A stretch of DNA of 64,000 bases from Dictyostelium discoideum. Lineage: Eukaryota. Location: assembly GCA_000004695.1 (NCBI GenBank), contig CM000153.2, forward strand, positions 3,296,001 through 3,360,000. The letters run 5' to 3'. The position numbers were made by a program, and so were the translations under genes. The notes under the pieces were generated by a model that worked only from the letters and a program-made list of their open reading frames with translations, searched no databases and was not told the origin of the DNA. Below, in pieces: positions 1 to 18,744 of the stretch (position 1 is its first letter; each line of letters opens with the position of its first letter).

Positions 1-600
1 TCGATTTCAATATTATTTAATAAATTATTTAATTGATTGGAAACTAGTAAAACTCTATTTTTTTTATATAAATAAACATATCTAAAAATATTATTATTAA
101 TTACTAAATTTCTCCAAACTTTAAAAAATAAATTATCCATTTTATATTTTATATACAAATAAATACATATTATAAAAAAAAGTGGAAAAAAGAAAAAGGG
201 TGTGGTAAATAATAAAAAAAAAAAAAAAAAAAAAATTTTTGTATGACCCTTTCAAAATCTCTTTTAAAATTCCTTTTAAACACTATAGATCGAAAAAAAT
301 TTTTTACTTTTTTTATTATTTAAAATAATTGTTGTAGGGAATTTTCAATAAAATTTCACTGCCCAGCGCAGTGAATTTTATTATTTAATTTCACTACACT
401 TGCGCAGTGAAAAAAAAAATCGCTGACCCTAAATTTTTTTTTTTTTCAAAAAACAAATAAAGTTTATTAAATTATTATCTTTTATTAGTTTTTTAAACTT
501 TTGTTTTATCAACCAAATAATGGTTATGAAATATAAACCCATAGAATTTTAAATGAAGTGAGTATTCATTTTTTTAAATTTAATAGTATTATAAATTAAT

Positions 601-619
601 TTTAAAATTATTTTAGGGT

Positions 620-687
<68 letters not shown>

Positions 688-712
688 AAAAAAAAAAAAA
701 AAAAAAAAAAAA
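601..712. repeat. About 110-nt poly(A) homopolymer tract in the 5' intergenic region
   Basis: Direct reading. Confidence 0.9.
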
Positions 713-1333
713 TAAATAAATAAAAAATGAAGGAGAAACAAACTCACAAATAAATGTACCATTAATTTTTGGTTTTTGCAATAGGTCTAATTCTAGTTAT
801 ATTAATTTTGTTTTTAGTGTAATATTAATTTCCTATTATTATTATTTGATTTGATTTGATTTTATATTATTTATTTATTTATTTTTTTTTTTTTCTTTTT
901 CTTTTTTTTTTTCTTTTTTTGTACTCCTTTATCTTATTAAAATAAAAATAAAATTACACATTAAATAGTTTACCTTTTGCTTTCAAATTTTAATTTGTTT
1001 ATTTTTATATTTATTTTTTTTTTTTTTTTCAACTGTTTTGGCCAATATTTTTTTTTTTTTTTTTTTTTTTTTTCCCACCACTTTTTTTTTCCTCATATGG
1101 AAATAAAATAAAAATTAAAGTAATGGCTAAAAATAAAAAAAAAAAAAATAAAAAAAATAAAAAAAAGTAAAAAAAAATGAAAAAAATAAAAAAAATAAAA
1201 AAAAAAAATTCGGTGTAAAGAAAAGTAGTTGTAATATCCAATTAAAAAAAAAAAAAAATAATAAAAAAAAAAAAAAATTCCCAATACAAAAAAAAAAAAA
1301 TCAAATTAACACTAATTCACACATAAATGGAGA

Positions 1334-6185
<4,852 letters not shown>

Positions 6186-6459
6186 ATTTTTGTCAAATAA
6201 TAAAAAAAATTATTATCACTTAATTTTTCATTTAAATTGTTTCAACAATTATATTTAATTTGTTCGATATAATTACAAATTGAGAATCTTTTGTTGAAGA
6301 TAATTTGAAGTTTTATTTTAATTTTTATTTTTATATTTTTATTATTATAATTATTATTATTATAATTATTATTATTATTTTTAAATTATTCAACCTTATT
6401 GAAAAAGAAAATTTTATTGAAAAAGAAAATTTTATTGAAAAATAAATTCTTTGAATAAA

Positions 6460-8636
6460 TTATTTGATTATTTGTTTTGTTTTGTTTTTCATTTTTGAGA
6501 AAAGATCAATTTCAACAGCTTCACTTTTGTAATGACTACTCTGTTTGAGTTTAATTTGATTTTGGATGATATAGCCTACATTTGGTAAAGTAAGTAGTTT
6601 ATCAAATGTAGCGAATATTTCTTTTTGAGTCTTAACAGATGCTTTATTATTTTGGACATTATGTTTTATTTCTTCAACACTTGCTTTATATTCACTTAAG
6701 TGTTCATTGAGTTTTTGAATTAATTCTTGCGAGTTTTCAGAATTTTCCAATTGCTTTATTTGCATGTTGATATAATCTTCATAGTAACGATTAAATTTAA
6801 TTAATGAATGGTGCCACAAGAATACTGAAAAGTCAACAATTGCAGTCTTAATAGTATCATATTCTTCTTGGAATTGTATTTTTCTTTCTCCCATTTTTGT
6901 AACTAACAACTCCCTCTCATTAAATATTTCACTCTTTGTTCTTTGACCTATTGTTTTTTTATCAGTGCCTGGTAATTGATTGAGTTGAGGTGTTTCTTTG
7001 ATAGTAACTACTTGATGATCAAACCATAAACAAGGAAGTACTCCAGTGTTTGAACATTTTTTGCAAGTTCCCATCTTATTAATATTATCACACCAATAAA
7101 GTGAAGAATACCATTTTGGAGAAACAACATCAATGTTACAAGGATTATCGGTATTACTAGAGCATCCATTCTTTGTGCAAACCAATAGACTGTTTTCCAA
7201 TTTTTCCGCTATCACCACAGATACTGGAATGTATAATAATGATTCATCACCAATACTATTGTTCCTCAACTTTTCAGATTGTTGCTCCATTAATTTAATG
7301 TTGGTATTAATATTTGAAATACATGTTGACATTGGTTGAGCTAAATTGGAAATCATTGTTCTTGCATTATTTATACAAATTGTATTTGCAACATCATGTG
7401 GTTGAACTTTTGATATCTCTTCTAATAATCTTTTAAATTCTTTTGATGATCTATCCCAACTTCTACCAAAATCAAACTCATCATCTTCTGAAAAATTAGT
7501 TTCAATACCAGCAGTAGCATTATATTTTTTAACGGCTAAATAATTAAAAGATTCATTATCAAAACAAAATGTTTTTTCATTAGCATTTATTTCAATATCT
7601 GATTGATCTTTCATTTTTTTTAAATGATCCTCTAGGATGGCTCTTGTTGGACCTGGTTTATACATTGTACCTCTTGTATGAGTGAAACAAAAGAAAATAT
7701 TATCTTTTGCACTTGAATGTAAATGTAGTAATAATTGATTCAAACAATATTTGAATAAAACAGTGGCTCTAGTTTCATCTGGACGCATTAAAATACAAAT
7801 TGCATTTAACTTTTTTAATGATGAAATTTCGTGTAGGATATTCTCAAAATGTTTATTATCTTGCAATGTACCTTGTGGATCACCGACACCTGGAGCATCA
7901 ATTAAACAAAGTGTTTTACCATCTGGTAATTTAATTCTATATTGTCTTGAATACTGTGTAACTGAAGAGCCAATTTTGTAATCTTCAACATCTCCAAGTG
8001 AAAATTTATGAGTTTTATTTTCATCTTGAATTTCAATTTTTGAGGCAATTGTATAGATTTGTTCTAATGTTGCGTTTTCAAGTGCATCTTTTAAATTTGA
8101 ATACTCGATATAATTAACCACCATATTAACAAACGTTGATTTACCAACACCAGTTATACCAATTAAAAGTAGATAGATTGTATCCTTGTCATCATCAATC
8201 AAACCATTAACTTTATTAATAAGTAATGATGAATTTCCAATTGTTTTACCTCTATTTGATGAACAAGAATCTGGTGCTTTGGTTAATGGAAGTATTGAAT
8301 TTTTTAATATAGATAAATTTTCTTGAAATCCATTTGCTAATAAATTATATTCAAACTCATCATCTTTTTAAAATAATTTTAAATATATTAGTTTTTTTAT
8401 TTTTATTTTTATTTTATTTTAATTTTTTTTTTTATTTATTTTTTTTTTTTTTTTTTAAATTTTGTCTTACATTGTATAAAATTTTGGATCTCCCCAAAAT
8501 CTATATATCTTTCTTCTTGAGTTAATTTATTTTTAATGGTCACTCTGTTCTTAACATCATCTTTTGAAATTTCAAAAAACCTTCCGTTTGACTCCAAATG
8601 ATGTCTTAAAACAATGATTGCATAATCCAAATCCAT
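6460..8636 (-). CDS. P-loop GTPase, AIG1/GIMAP/septin-like (paralog A). Two exons join(8636..8471,8363..6460), about 634 aa, with a C-terminal Cys-rich module and a coiled coil.
   Basis: G1 motif LLLIGITGVGKST and G3 motif LIDAPGVGD. After switch II comes ICILMRPDETRATVLFKY...FFCFTHTRG, which resembles the AIG1-type hinge pattern. The small ORF 8436..8636 (MDLDYAIIVLRHHLES...) is homologous to the N-terminus of paralog B. It joins in phase (phase 1, T+AT=Tyr) through a GTAAGA donor at 8470 and a TTTTAAAAG acceptor at 8364. The Cys-rich block is CTKNGCSS...WYSSLYWC...GTCKKC...PCLWFDH. The C-terminus is heptad-rich. Confidence 0.65.
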
Positions 8637-9176
8637 ATCTTTTTTTTTTTTTTTTTTTTGGGTGTTATTTTATAAAAAAAAAAAAAAAAAAAAAAAAATG
8701 AATGAAAGAAAATTTTTAGTGGTGAAAAAAAAAAAAAAAAATTAAAAAAAAGAACTTAATTTTTTAAGAAAAAACATTGTCCAACTTTTAAAAAAAAATT
8801 AAAAAAATAAAAATTATTTAATTTTTTAAGAAAGATTTTGATGAAAAAAAGATTTTGGTGAAAAAAAGATTTTGATGAAAAAAAGATATTTTTTTTTTTT
8901 TTTTTGTAAAAGTAAAAATGGTTGGTCATTTTTTTTTTTTATTTTATTTATTTAATTTTTAAAAAAAGGTATGAGATTTAAGGTTGTGATTAGAAAAATA
9001 TTTCAAAATTTGGAAAAAGCTTTAAAACTTTAATAGTTTTCAGATTTAACTTTATCAGATCGCCATTGGTAACCAATCATGTTTCCAGTAGTTAACATTG
9101 GTTGGTTGTTTGCAAAAGGGCTTCTGAGTATCTTCTGTTGAATTTGATGAACGGCATACGTTTATTCTCTTGTTCT

Positions 9177-9212
<36 letters not shown>

Positions 9213-9627
9213 GGAAAAAAAAAAAAAAAAAAAAAACCCCCAAAAAAAAAAAAAAAGAAAAATAAAAATCCGTTTTTTGAGCCGGAATTAAAAAAAAATA
9301 AAAAAAAAAACAAATTAAAATAATATTTTCGTGATAACCCAAACATTATTGAAAGGCCAAAAGATTTCGAGAAGATGAAAAATAAAAAATATTTTTGGGT
9401 TAACTATAGCCACTTTACGTTTTGGCTTGCGACATAATGTGATTGTGTTTTCAGTGGTTGATGATGATGAATTTGTATATAAAAATGTTAAGGTGGACAA
9501 CAGATTAAAGGGTAAATTTTAATTGAAAAAAAAAATAATAAAAAAAAAAGTATCATGACTACTACAAAAGTAGAAGATATTGACAACAAAAAAAATGTCA
9601 AAACAATTATAATAAAATTAAGGTTTG

Positions 9628-11876
<2,249 letters not shown>

Positions 11877-12404
11877 TTATAAAGTTTATTTTTTAACCAA
11901 CACTTTGGTTTGTTTTTTTTTTTTTTATTTATTTATTTTTGTTTTTTTTTATTTTATACTTTTTTTTTTTAATGTGTTTGGAAAAATAAAAAAAAAATAA
12001 AAATAAAAAAAAAATAAAATATCTGTTCATTTTTATTTATTTAATTTTTTAAGAAAATGTTATCCGTTCATTTTTGTTTATTTATTATTTTAAGAAAATT
12101 TAAATAAGGAAAATGAAAAAAAGTGGTGTCACACACAAGTTTTGGCATGGATAAAAATAAAAATAAAATTTAAATATTTAAATAAAAAAAAAAATGAAAA
12201 TAAATTTGGTAATTAAAAAATATAAAAAAATAAAAAATTCAAAAAAAAAAAAAAATTTCGTTTTTTTTAAAATCTTTCGTTTTTTAATTTTTTTTTTTTT
12301 TTTTTTAATTTTATTTTTATTTTATTTTTTCATTTTTTTTTTATTTTTTTTTTTTTTTTAATCAACTCCTATACACACAAGCATTAATAAACTCAAATTA
12401 AAGA

Positions 12405-12952
12405 ATGAAGATTTTAACACACAATATGATGGCTTGCACTAAAAAGCAATGTATGGGTAAAGGTTTCCCATTAAAAGTAGAAAGCACAGAACAAATTGTA
12501 TTAGAACAAGAATTCAACTATGAATTCACTAAAAATATATATCCAAAACTTGATTGGTTAGGAATTGCTGAAATCTCAATAAAATTTAATATACCAATTC
12601 AATTAGATACAACAAAACATTCTTTAGAAGATGAAGAATTTTTAAAAACTTTACATAATTTACTTTGTAATGTAAGAATCAATATATAAATATATACTCA
12701 CTCACTCACTCACTCACTCACTCACTCACTCACTCACTCACTCACTCACTCACTCACTCACTCACTCACTCACTCACTCATCTAAATAACTTTACTAACA
12801 CATAAATACTTTTTATTAATTTTATTATATAGCTTAAAGTTATTACAGGTAGTTTAACATGTCCAAATTGTCAAAGAGTTTATCCAATTGATAAAGGTAT
12901 TCCAAATATGTTATTAAGAGAAGATGAAATTTATCAAGAAATTAAAGAATAA
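12405..12952 (+). CDS. trmt112: Trm112 (TRMT112), methyltransferase activator subunit. Model join(12405..12671,12833..12952), 128 aa.
   Basis: [16 protein letters not shown]...GFPLKV and ...LHNLLCN | [28 protein letters not shown] align to human TRMT112 (MKLLTHNLL...GFPL ... [21 protein letters not shown]). GTAAGA donor at 12672, AG acceptor at 12831-12832, phase 0. Confidence 0.85.
12697..12780 (+). repeat. (CACT)~21 tetranucleotide microsatellite inside the trm112 intron
   Basis: Direct reading: ctcactcactcact... spanning about 84 bp. Confidence 0.9.
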
Positions 12953-12998
12953 ACTTTTTTTTTTTGTGTGTGATATTATAATATATGAAAGTTTTATT

Positions 12999-13805
12999 TT
13001 ATTTATTATTATTATTATCTTGTTGTGTTGTTGATCTTGATTTACCTTTTAAATCTAAAACTACAGTATTATCTCTTTCATTATTTTTTTGAATGATTAT
13101 TTTCTTTTCTTCTTCAGTGATTTCTTTAAGTGGACTTAATGATTTTAAAATTTTTGAAAAAGTAATTGGATCTTCGTTATCATTATTACTATTATTGAAA
13201 GCAGGATCACTCATTCTATTATCAATACCTTCCATAAGTTTATCATATAAATTTTGATCACGAATTGATAATTCAATATTATGATTTTTGTTTTTATTAT
13301 CTTCTACTAATACTTTTAATTCGGTTATATCTGCAATTATATTTTTATTGATACTATCTTTGTATATCTTTTTATGTGCCATATGACCTAATGCACCGAA
13401 AATACCTCCACAAAACATACCTTGAATAAAACGTCCACGTGCTAATATATGTGATGTTGTACCACCGATAATGAGACCGCTAAGTGTCCATGATGACATT
13501 GGTGGTAATAAAAGATTATATTGAAGTACATGTAAAGTTGATGCAAATGTTGTACCTATAAATGTTAAATTTAATACTGATTTCATAAATGAACCAACTG
13601 GTTCAACTCCTCTACCTCTAAATATTAATGGTGTAACTAAACCAACACCAACTCCACATAAAAATCCTGTCTTTGTACCTTGTAAAACACTATCACCAAT
13701 TGATGGTGCTTTTGGATGTAATAATATTCTAATTCTATCTGTTACAATTTTCTTTTCTTTATTATCATTTTCAATATTATTATTATTATCTTTATTTGAT
13801 TCCAT
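12999..13805 (-). CDS. Hypothetical membrane protein with glycine-zipper transmembrane segments, possibly Tim17/Tim22/OEP16-like. 268 aa.
   Basis: Intact 268-aa ORF. The central region GFLCGVGVGLVTPLI...GLIIGGTTSHILARGRF...GGIFGALGHMAH has GxxxG-type glycine-rich hydrophobic segments. The N- and C-termini are hydrophilic and N/K-rich. Confidence 0.4.
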   Translation of the reverse strand: MESNKDNNNNIENDNKEKKIVTDRIRILLHPKAPSIGDSVLQGTKTGFLCGVGVGLVTPLIFRGRGVEPVGSFMKSVLNLTFIGTTFASTLHVLQYNLLLPPMSSWTLSGLIIGGTTSHILARGRFIQGMFCGGIFGALGHMAHKKIYKDSINKNIIADITELKVLVEDNKNKNHNIELSIRDQNLYDKLMEGIDNRMSDPAFNNSNNDNEDPITFSKILKSLSPLKEITEEEKKIIIQKNNERDNTVVLDLKGKSRSTTQQDNNNNK

Positions 13806-14152
13806 TTTATTTTAATTATTTAAAAAATAAAAATAAGAAAAAAAAAAATAAAAAAAAAAAAAGTGAAAGGGGGAGCGAATGAAAATTTTTATTTTTTTTT
13901 TATTTTTTTTTATTTTTTTTTGGTTGATTAAAAAAGCAATGAAATAAAAATAAAATTTCAAATAAAGAACCAAATAAAAATAAAAAGGAATTAAATACAA
14001 TTAAGATTTTAATTATAATAAAATATAAAAAAAAAAGAAAGTTATTAAAAATCTTTATTTTTTTATTTTTATTTTTTTTTTTTATTTTTTTTTTTTTTTT
14101 TATTTTTTTTTTTCCAAAAATTTGCCTCTCAAAAAAATTTTTTTCTTTTTTT

Positions 14153-14192
<40 letters not shown>

Positions 14193-14296
14193 AAAAATTT
14201 TTTAATTTACAATTATTTGTTATCCCCATTAAGCCAATTAAAAAAAAAATTAAAAATATTAATTTATATATTGTATATATAGGGTAGGTTAAAAGA

Positions 14297-14421
14297 ATGT
14301 GTGATAATTTTGCAAGAGTTTTATGTAAAATAGTAGTTGCTCAAGTTGCTAAAAATTTAGGTTTCCCTTCAATTAGTCAAATTGCAACAGATTTTTTAGC
14401 AGATGTAATTCAATTGGGTAG

Positions 14422-14475
<54 letters not shown>

Positions 14476-14893
14476 TAATTATAATATACTTATATAATAA
14501 TACATTAACAATATATATATTTATAAATAGATATACAAGATATTGGTATTAGAGCACATGAATATAGTGAATTATCATGTAGAACCGATTCAAACTTTTT
14601 CGATGTTAAACAAGCATTTGAAGATATGGCAATTAATATACACGAATTACAACAATTTCTTTTACAATCTGACGAAATACCATTTGCGCAAGTTGTCCCA
14701 CCATTCCCTTTACAAGGAAGTGTTGAGCAACCATCTAAACCATCACCATATAAAACTGAGGAACAAGAATTCCCATTACATATACCTTCTTTTTTACCAA
14801 GTTTCCCTGAGAAACATACTTTTTCAAAAACACCTGTAAGTGCTTTGTAAATTATTAAAAAAAAAAAAAAAAAAAAAAAAAGTGTAAAGTTAC

Positions 14894-14953
<60 letters not shown>

Positions 14954-15350
14954 GCTATATGGTGAAGTTGTAACAGATCCTTATAAAATAAAGAAAACTA
15001 AAAATAAACAAAAAAGACAGATTGAAAATTCATTAATTAAATTAACAGATATTACAACAACTAAAATTCCAAATTACGATATGATAAAACAACAACAATA
15101 TTCAAAAAAAGAAGAAGCTTCTGGTGTAAATAATAATAACAATAATAATAGCAAACAAAATAATAAGATATATAATAAAAATAATGAAGGTAGAAACAAC
15201 CATAATGAAAATAATAATAAAAAAGATGACGACAAAATGAATTTAGATAGTAATAATAATGACGATAGTAATAGTAATGAGTTTAATAAAAATAATTATA
15301 ATAATAATAATAATAATAATACCAGTGGTAACAAAGATGGTGAAAATAAC

Positions 15351-15391
<41 letters not shown>

Positions 15392-15653
15392 TAATAAACA
15401 AGAAATTAATAGAGATATTATACCGCCAACACCATTGGAATCTGTAAGCAATACATTTTATCAAAAATTAGAAGAGGAGGATTTAAAAAAACATCATGAT
15501 GAAGCACCAAGAAGATCATTATTATCAGAGGAGGATCAAGAAAGAGCTAAAAAGAGAGTAAAATGTGAAAGAATTTTAAGTTTAGTTCATGAATCATCTC
15601 ATTCTACAATTAATGAAGATGATAAAGATAAAGATATCATCGAACATGATTAA
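14297..15653 (+). CDS. taf8: TFIID subunit TAF8. Model join(14297..14417,14531..14835,14955..15653), about 374 aa.
   Basis: An N-terminal histone-fold-like segment (ARVLCKIVVAQVAKNLGFPSISQIATDFLADVIQL) is followed by IGIRAHEYSELSCRTDSNFFDVKQAFEDMAINI and the proline-rich motif FPLHIPSFLPSFPEKHTFSKTP. This matches human TAF8 (...HIPSHFPEFPDPHTYIKTPTY). Introns: 14418..14530 (poly-T, phase 1) and 14836..14954 (GTAAGT donor, contains (AAT)n, phase 0). Confidence 0.7.
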
Positions 15654-15818
15654 TTGAAAAAATAAAAAAAATAAAAAAAATTAAAATTAAAATTAATAAA
15701 TCTTTAAATTTAATTTATAAATCAATCAAATTATATAATTATTTGTTTTTTTTTTTATTTTATTTTATTTTATTTTGGTTTATTTTCTTATTTTTTTTTT
15801 TTTTTTTTTAAAAATTTA

Positions 15819-16212
15819 TTATTGTTCCTCTCTCCATAAACAATTTGGAGGTAAACAACCAAATTCTTCAATCCAAGTTTCTTTAATTGATGATTCTAAT
15901 CTATTTAACATTTGATAATGAGATTCTTTATTTGATTGAGCAACCGTTAATTTACTAAATATCATTGCAATGATTTTATCTAAAATATTTAATACTGGTG
16001 GTGGAGGTGCTTCAATTTTTCTCTTTTCATTCTCTTTATGAATTCTTTCTGCTTCAATCTCTTTTATCTTTCTTTCTTCAATTAATTTCTCTTTTTTATT
16101 TTTTCTATTATCTTCTTCATCTAATTCATTATCTGCTTCATCATCATCAGATTGCTGAAAACTTGTACTTGTTGTATCATCGCCTTCAATTTCTTCAATC
16201 ATTCTATCTTCA

Positions 16213-16262
<50 letters not shown>

Positions 16263-17306
16263 TTCATCATTATTTTCATCATCATTATTTTCATCATTAT
16301 CATAATCACTACCACTACCATCACAAGTACTACAATAACTACCATCATCATTATCACTACCACTATAATTTTCATTATTATTGTTATTATAATCATCATT
16401 TATTTCATTAATTTTATTATTATTAATTCTATTTAAATTATTTGAAATACCTTCATTTGTATAGATAACTTGTTGTAAATTTTTAATTATACCTTCATTT
16501 ATTTCATTTTCATAACGTTTTTGCATGATTTCTTCATATTGACGTAATTTAATTTTATATTCTAAATCTTCTTCATCCTTTAAACGTTTAGCTGTTGGAC
16601 CTAATAACTTTTGTTCTAATGCCATGAATTCAATTGCCAATGCCATATTATGTTTGTAGAGTAATGATCTATTGGTTTTAGCTAAATAAATACATTTCAG
16701 AATATTTACACTCTTCCATTCGGTTCTCTCTTTAATCTTGGACCAAATACTCTCCAAAAGGAATCCACCCAACATTGGAGGATATGATAGTAATGAGAAA
16801 TAATCACCTTTATACGCCTGTTCCAATTGCTTGATATCGTCTCTCCATTGTTTATTAGTCGTATGAAATGCTAACTCTCTCTCTAATAAATCGTCGGTCA
16901 TGGTGATAAAGAATTGCTCTTCACTATTTAATTTATTTAATAATCTGTCGAATAGATCTTGATTTTCAATTTTACCACCACCAATATACTTGATTTTGTT
17001 ATATGACCATTTAGTGAAATTAATTAATAATAATGGCTCTTCTTCTTCTCCATCTTGTTCTTGCTCTTTATTAATTTCTTCACCACCTTTTTTAATCTCA
17101 TTTTTTATAAATTCTTTAATTTTGTTATCTGTTTTATTTAATTCTTTATTTTCAATTTCTTTTTCTTTTTCTTCTAATTTCTCATATTCTTCTTCTAATA
17201 ATTTCAATTCTTTTAATTTATTACTAATCTCTAATGTTAATAAATTATTTTTAATTTGATCTTCTGAAATTGTATCCCATTCATCTGGAATATCTTTATC
17301 TGTCAT
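15819..17306 (-). CDS. Conserved-looking hypothetical coiled-coil protein with acidic/poly-N low-complexity insert, 495 aa
   Basis: Single uninterrupted ORF. The N-terminus is a heptad-rich K/E coiled coil. The central globular-looking segment is FITMTDDLLERELAFHTTNKQWRDDIKQLEQAYKGDYFSLLSYPPMLGGFLLESIW.... I did not recognise the family. Confidence 0.45.
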
Positions 17307-17378
17307 TTTTTTATAAATTTATTAAAATAGATAATAAAACAGATAATAAATATGAAAATAAAAAAATAAAAGTATATA

Positions 17379-17412
<34 letters not shown>

Positions 17413-17726
17413 AAAGCACACTTCCAAAAAATGAAATTTTTTTTTTTTTTTTCATTTTTTTTTTTATTTTTATTTTTATTTTTTATTTTATTTTTATTTT
17501 TATTTTTTTTGTTCTTAAAAACAAGTTTAAATAATTTAAAAGATCTTTCATAGTTTTAATTTTTTATTTTTTATTTTATTTTATTTTTTTTATTTTTTTT
17601 TTTTTTTTAATATTTTTTTTTTTTATTTCAAACTAAACAATTCAAAAATATATTAACATCTGAATAATCATAAAAAACAAAAAAAAAAAAAAAATATTTT
17701 TTTTTTTTTTCAATTTTTTTTTTTCA

Positions 17727-17757
<31 letters not shown>

Positions 17758-17913
17758 CATAGTTTTGATAATAATTTGTATAATAAACGAAAAATTAAAA
17801 TATTTTATACAAAAACAAAACACACACAAATTAATATTTAACCAAGAAACATTAGATATATATACACATTTATAAATTGGGTGTAAATAATAATAATAAT
17901 AATAATAATAAAA

Positions 17914-18438
17914 ATGAATAATTTATTAAAATCATTCACAAAATTCTCAATAAATGTACCACAAAATTTAATAATGAAAAGAAATTATTCATTAGTTTTA
18001 GATTCAGTTGAAATACCAAAAGAGATTGAACTTAAATATCATCGTCCACATCGTAAACAACCAACCAATGCACATAAATTATTAGTAAAGAGACAACATC
18101 AAGCTAAAATCAATTTAAAACGTAAAAGATTACAAAAAGAAATCCATGATTGGAGATTAGCACCACCACAACATTTACCAAAATTCAATGCAGAAAAAGT
18201 TAAACCAGCAAAAGAATACACTGGTCTCAAAGCTGATCAATTCGAAGAAATCCCATTTGGTTACAGACAACGTAAACATGTTAAATATTTGGAAAATCAA
18301 CAAGAAGAAAAAAGAATATTAGATGAAATTAAACAAAAACGTTTAAGAAAACATGTTGAATTAATCAATAAAGAAAAAGAAAGAAAAGAAACTTTTAAAT
18401 CAAAAATGGAATCAAGAAAACAAGAACAACAACAATAA
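17914..18438 (+). CDS. Small basic Lys/Arg-rich protein, possibly a mitochondrial ribosomal or other RNA-binding protein, 174 aa
   Basis: Clean ORF. The N-terminus looks like a presequence (MNNLLKSFTKFSINVPQNLIMKRNYS), followed by a highly basic coiled segment. Confidence 0.4.
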   Translation: MNNLLKSFTKFSINVPQNLIMKRNYSLVLDSVEIPKEIELKYHRPHRKQPTNAHKLLVKRQHQAKINLKRKRLQKEIHDWRLAPPQHLPKFNAEKVKPAKEYTGLKADQFEEIPFGYRQRKHVKYLENQQEEKRILDEIKQKRLRKHVELINKEKERKETFKSKMESRKQEQQQ

Positions 18439-18675
18439 TAATAATAATAATAAAAAAATAAAATAAAATAAAAAAATAATTTTAAAAAAATAAAATAAAT
18501 ATATATATATATTATCATTTAAATAATAATAATAAAATTTTTTTTTTTTTTTTTTTTTTTTTGATTTCAAAAATTAGATAATCACTTTTTTTTTTTTTGA
18601 TTTCAAATTTTATTTTTTTTTTATTTTATTTTATTTTTTTCTAAAAAAAAAAAAAAAAACGAAACGATAATACTT

Positions 18676-18716
<41 letters not shown>

Positions 18717-18744
18717 CACTTTTTTTCCAAAAAAAAAAAAAAAA

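Noticed and set aside
1029-1284. Short ORFs 1029..1241 and 1093..1284 (poly-F/poly-K translations)
   Set aside because: They lie entirely within A/T homopolymer tracts. The composition-driven open frames have no codon structure.
7751-7981. Plus-strand ORFs 7751..7981 and 11029..11235 with near-identical translations
   Set aside because: They are antisense to the conserved (gene-converted) core of the two GTPase genes. Their similarity is a by-product of sense-strand conservation.
8436-8636. 66-aa ORF as a stand-alone gene
   Set aside because: It is homologous to the N-terminus of paralog B and splices in phase to the 6460..8202 ORF, so it is better explained as exon 1.
9055-9346. ORFs 9055..9342, 9092..9346 and 9102..9323
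   Set aside because: They are translations of poly-A/poly-T runs (FFFF/KKKK) with no complexity.
15998-16436. Plus-strand ORFs (poly-Y/H, poly-I) and the minus-strand ORF 16199..16399
   Set aside because: They overlap the poly-N/D low-complexity coding repeat of the 15819..17306 gene in other frames and on the antisense strand.
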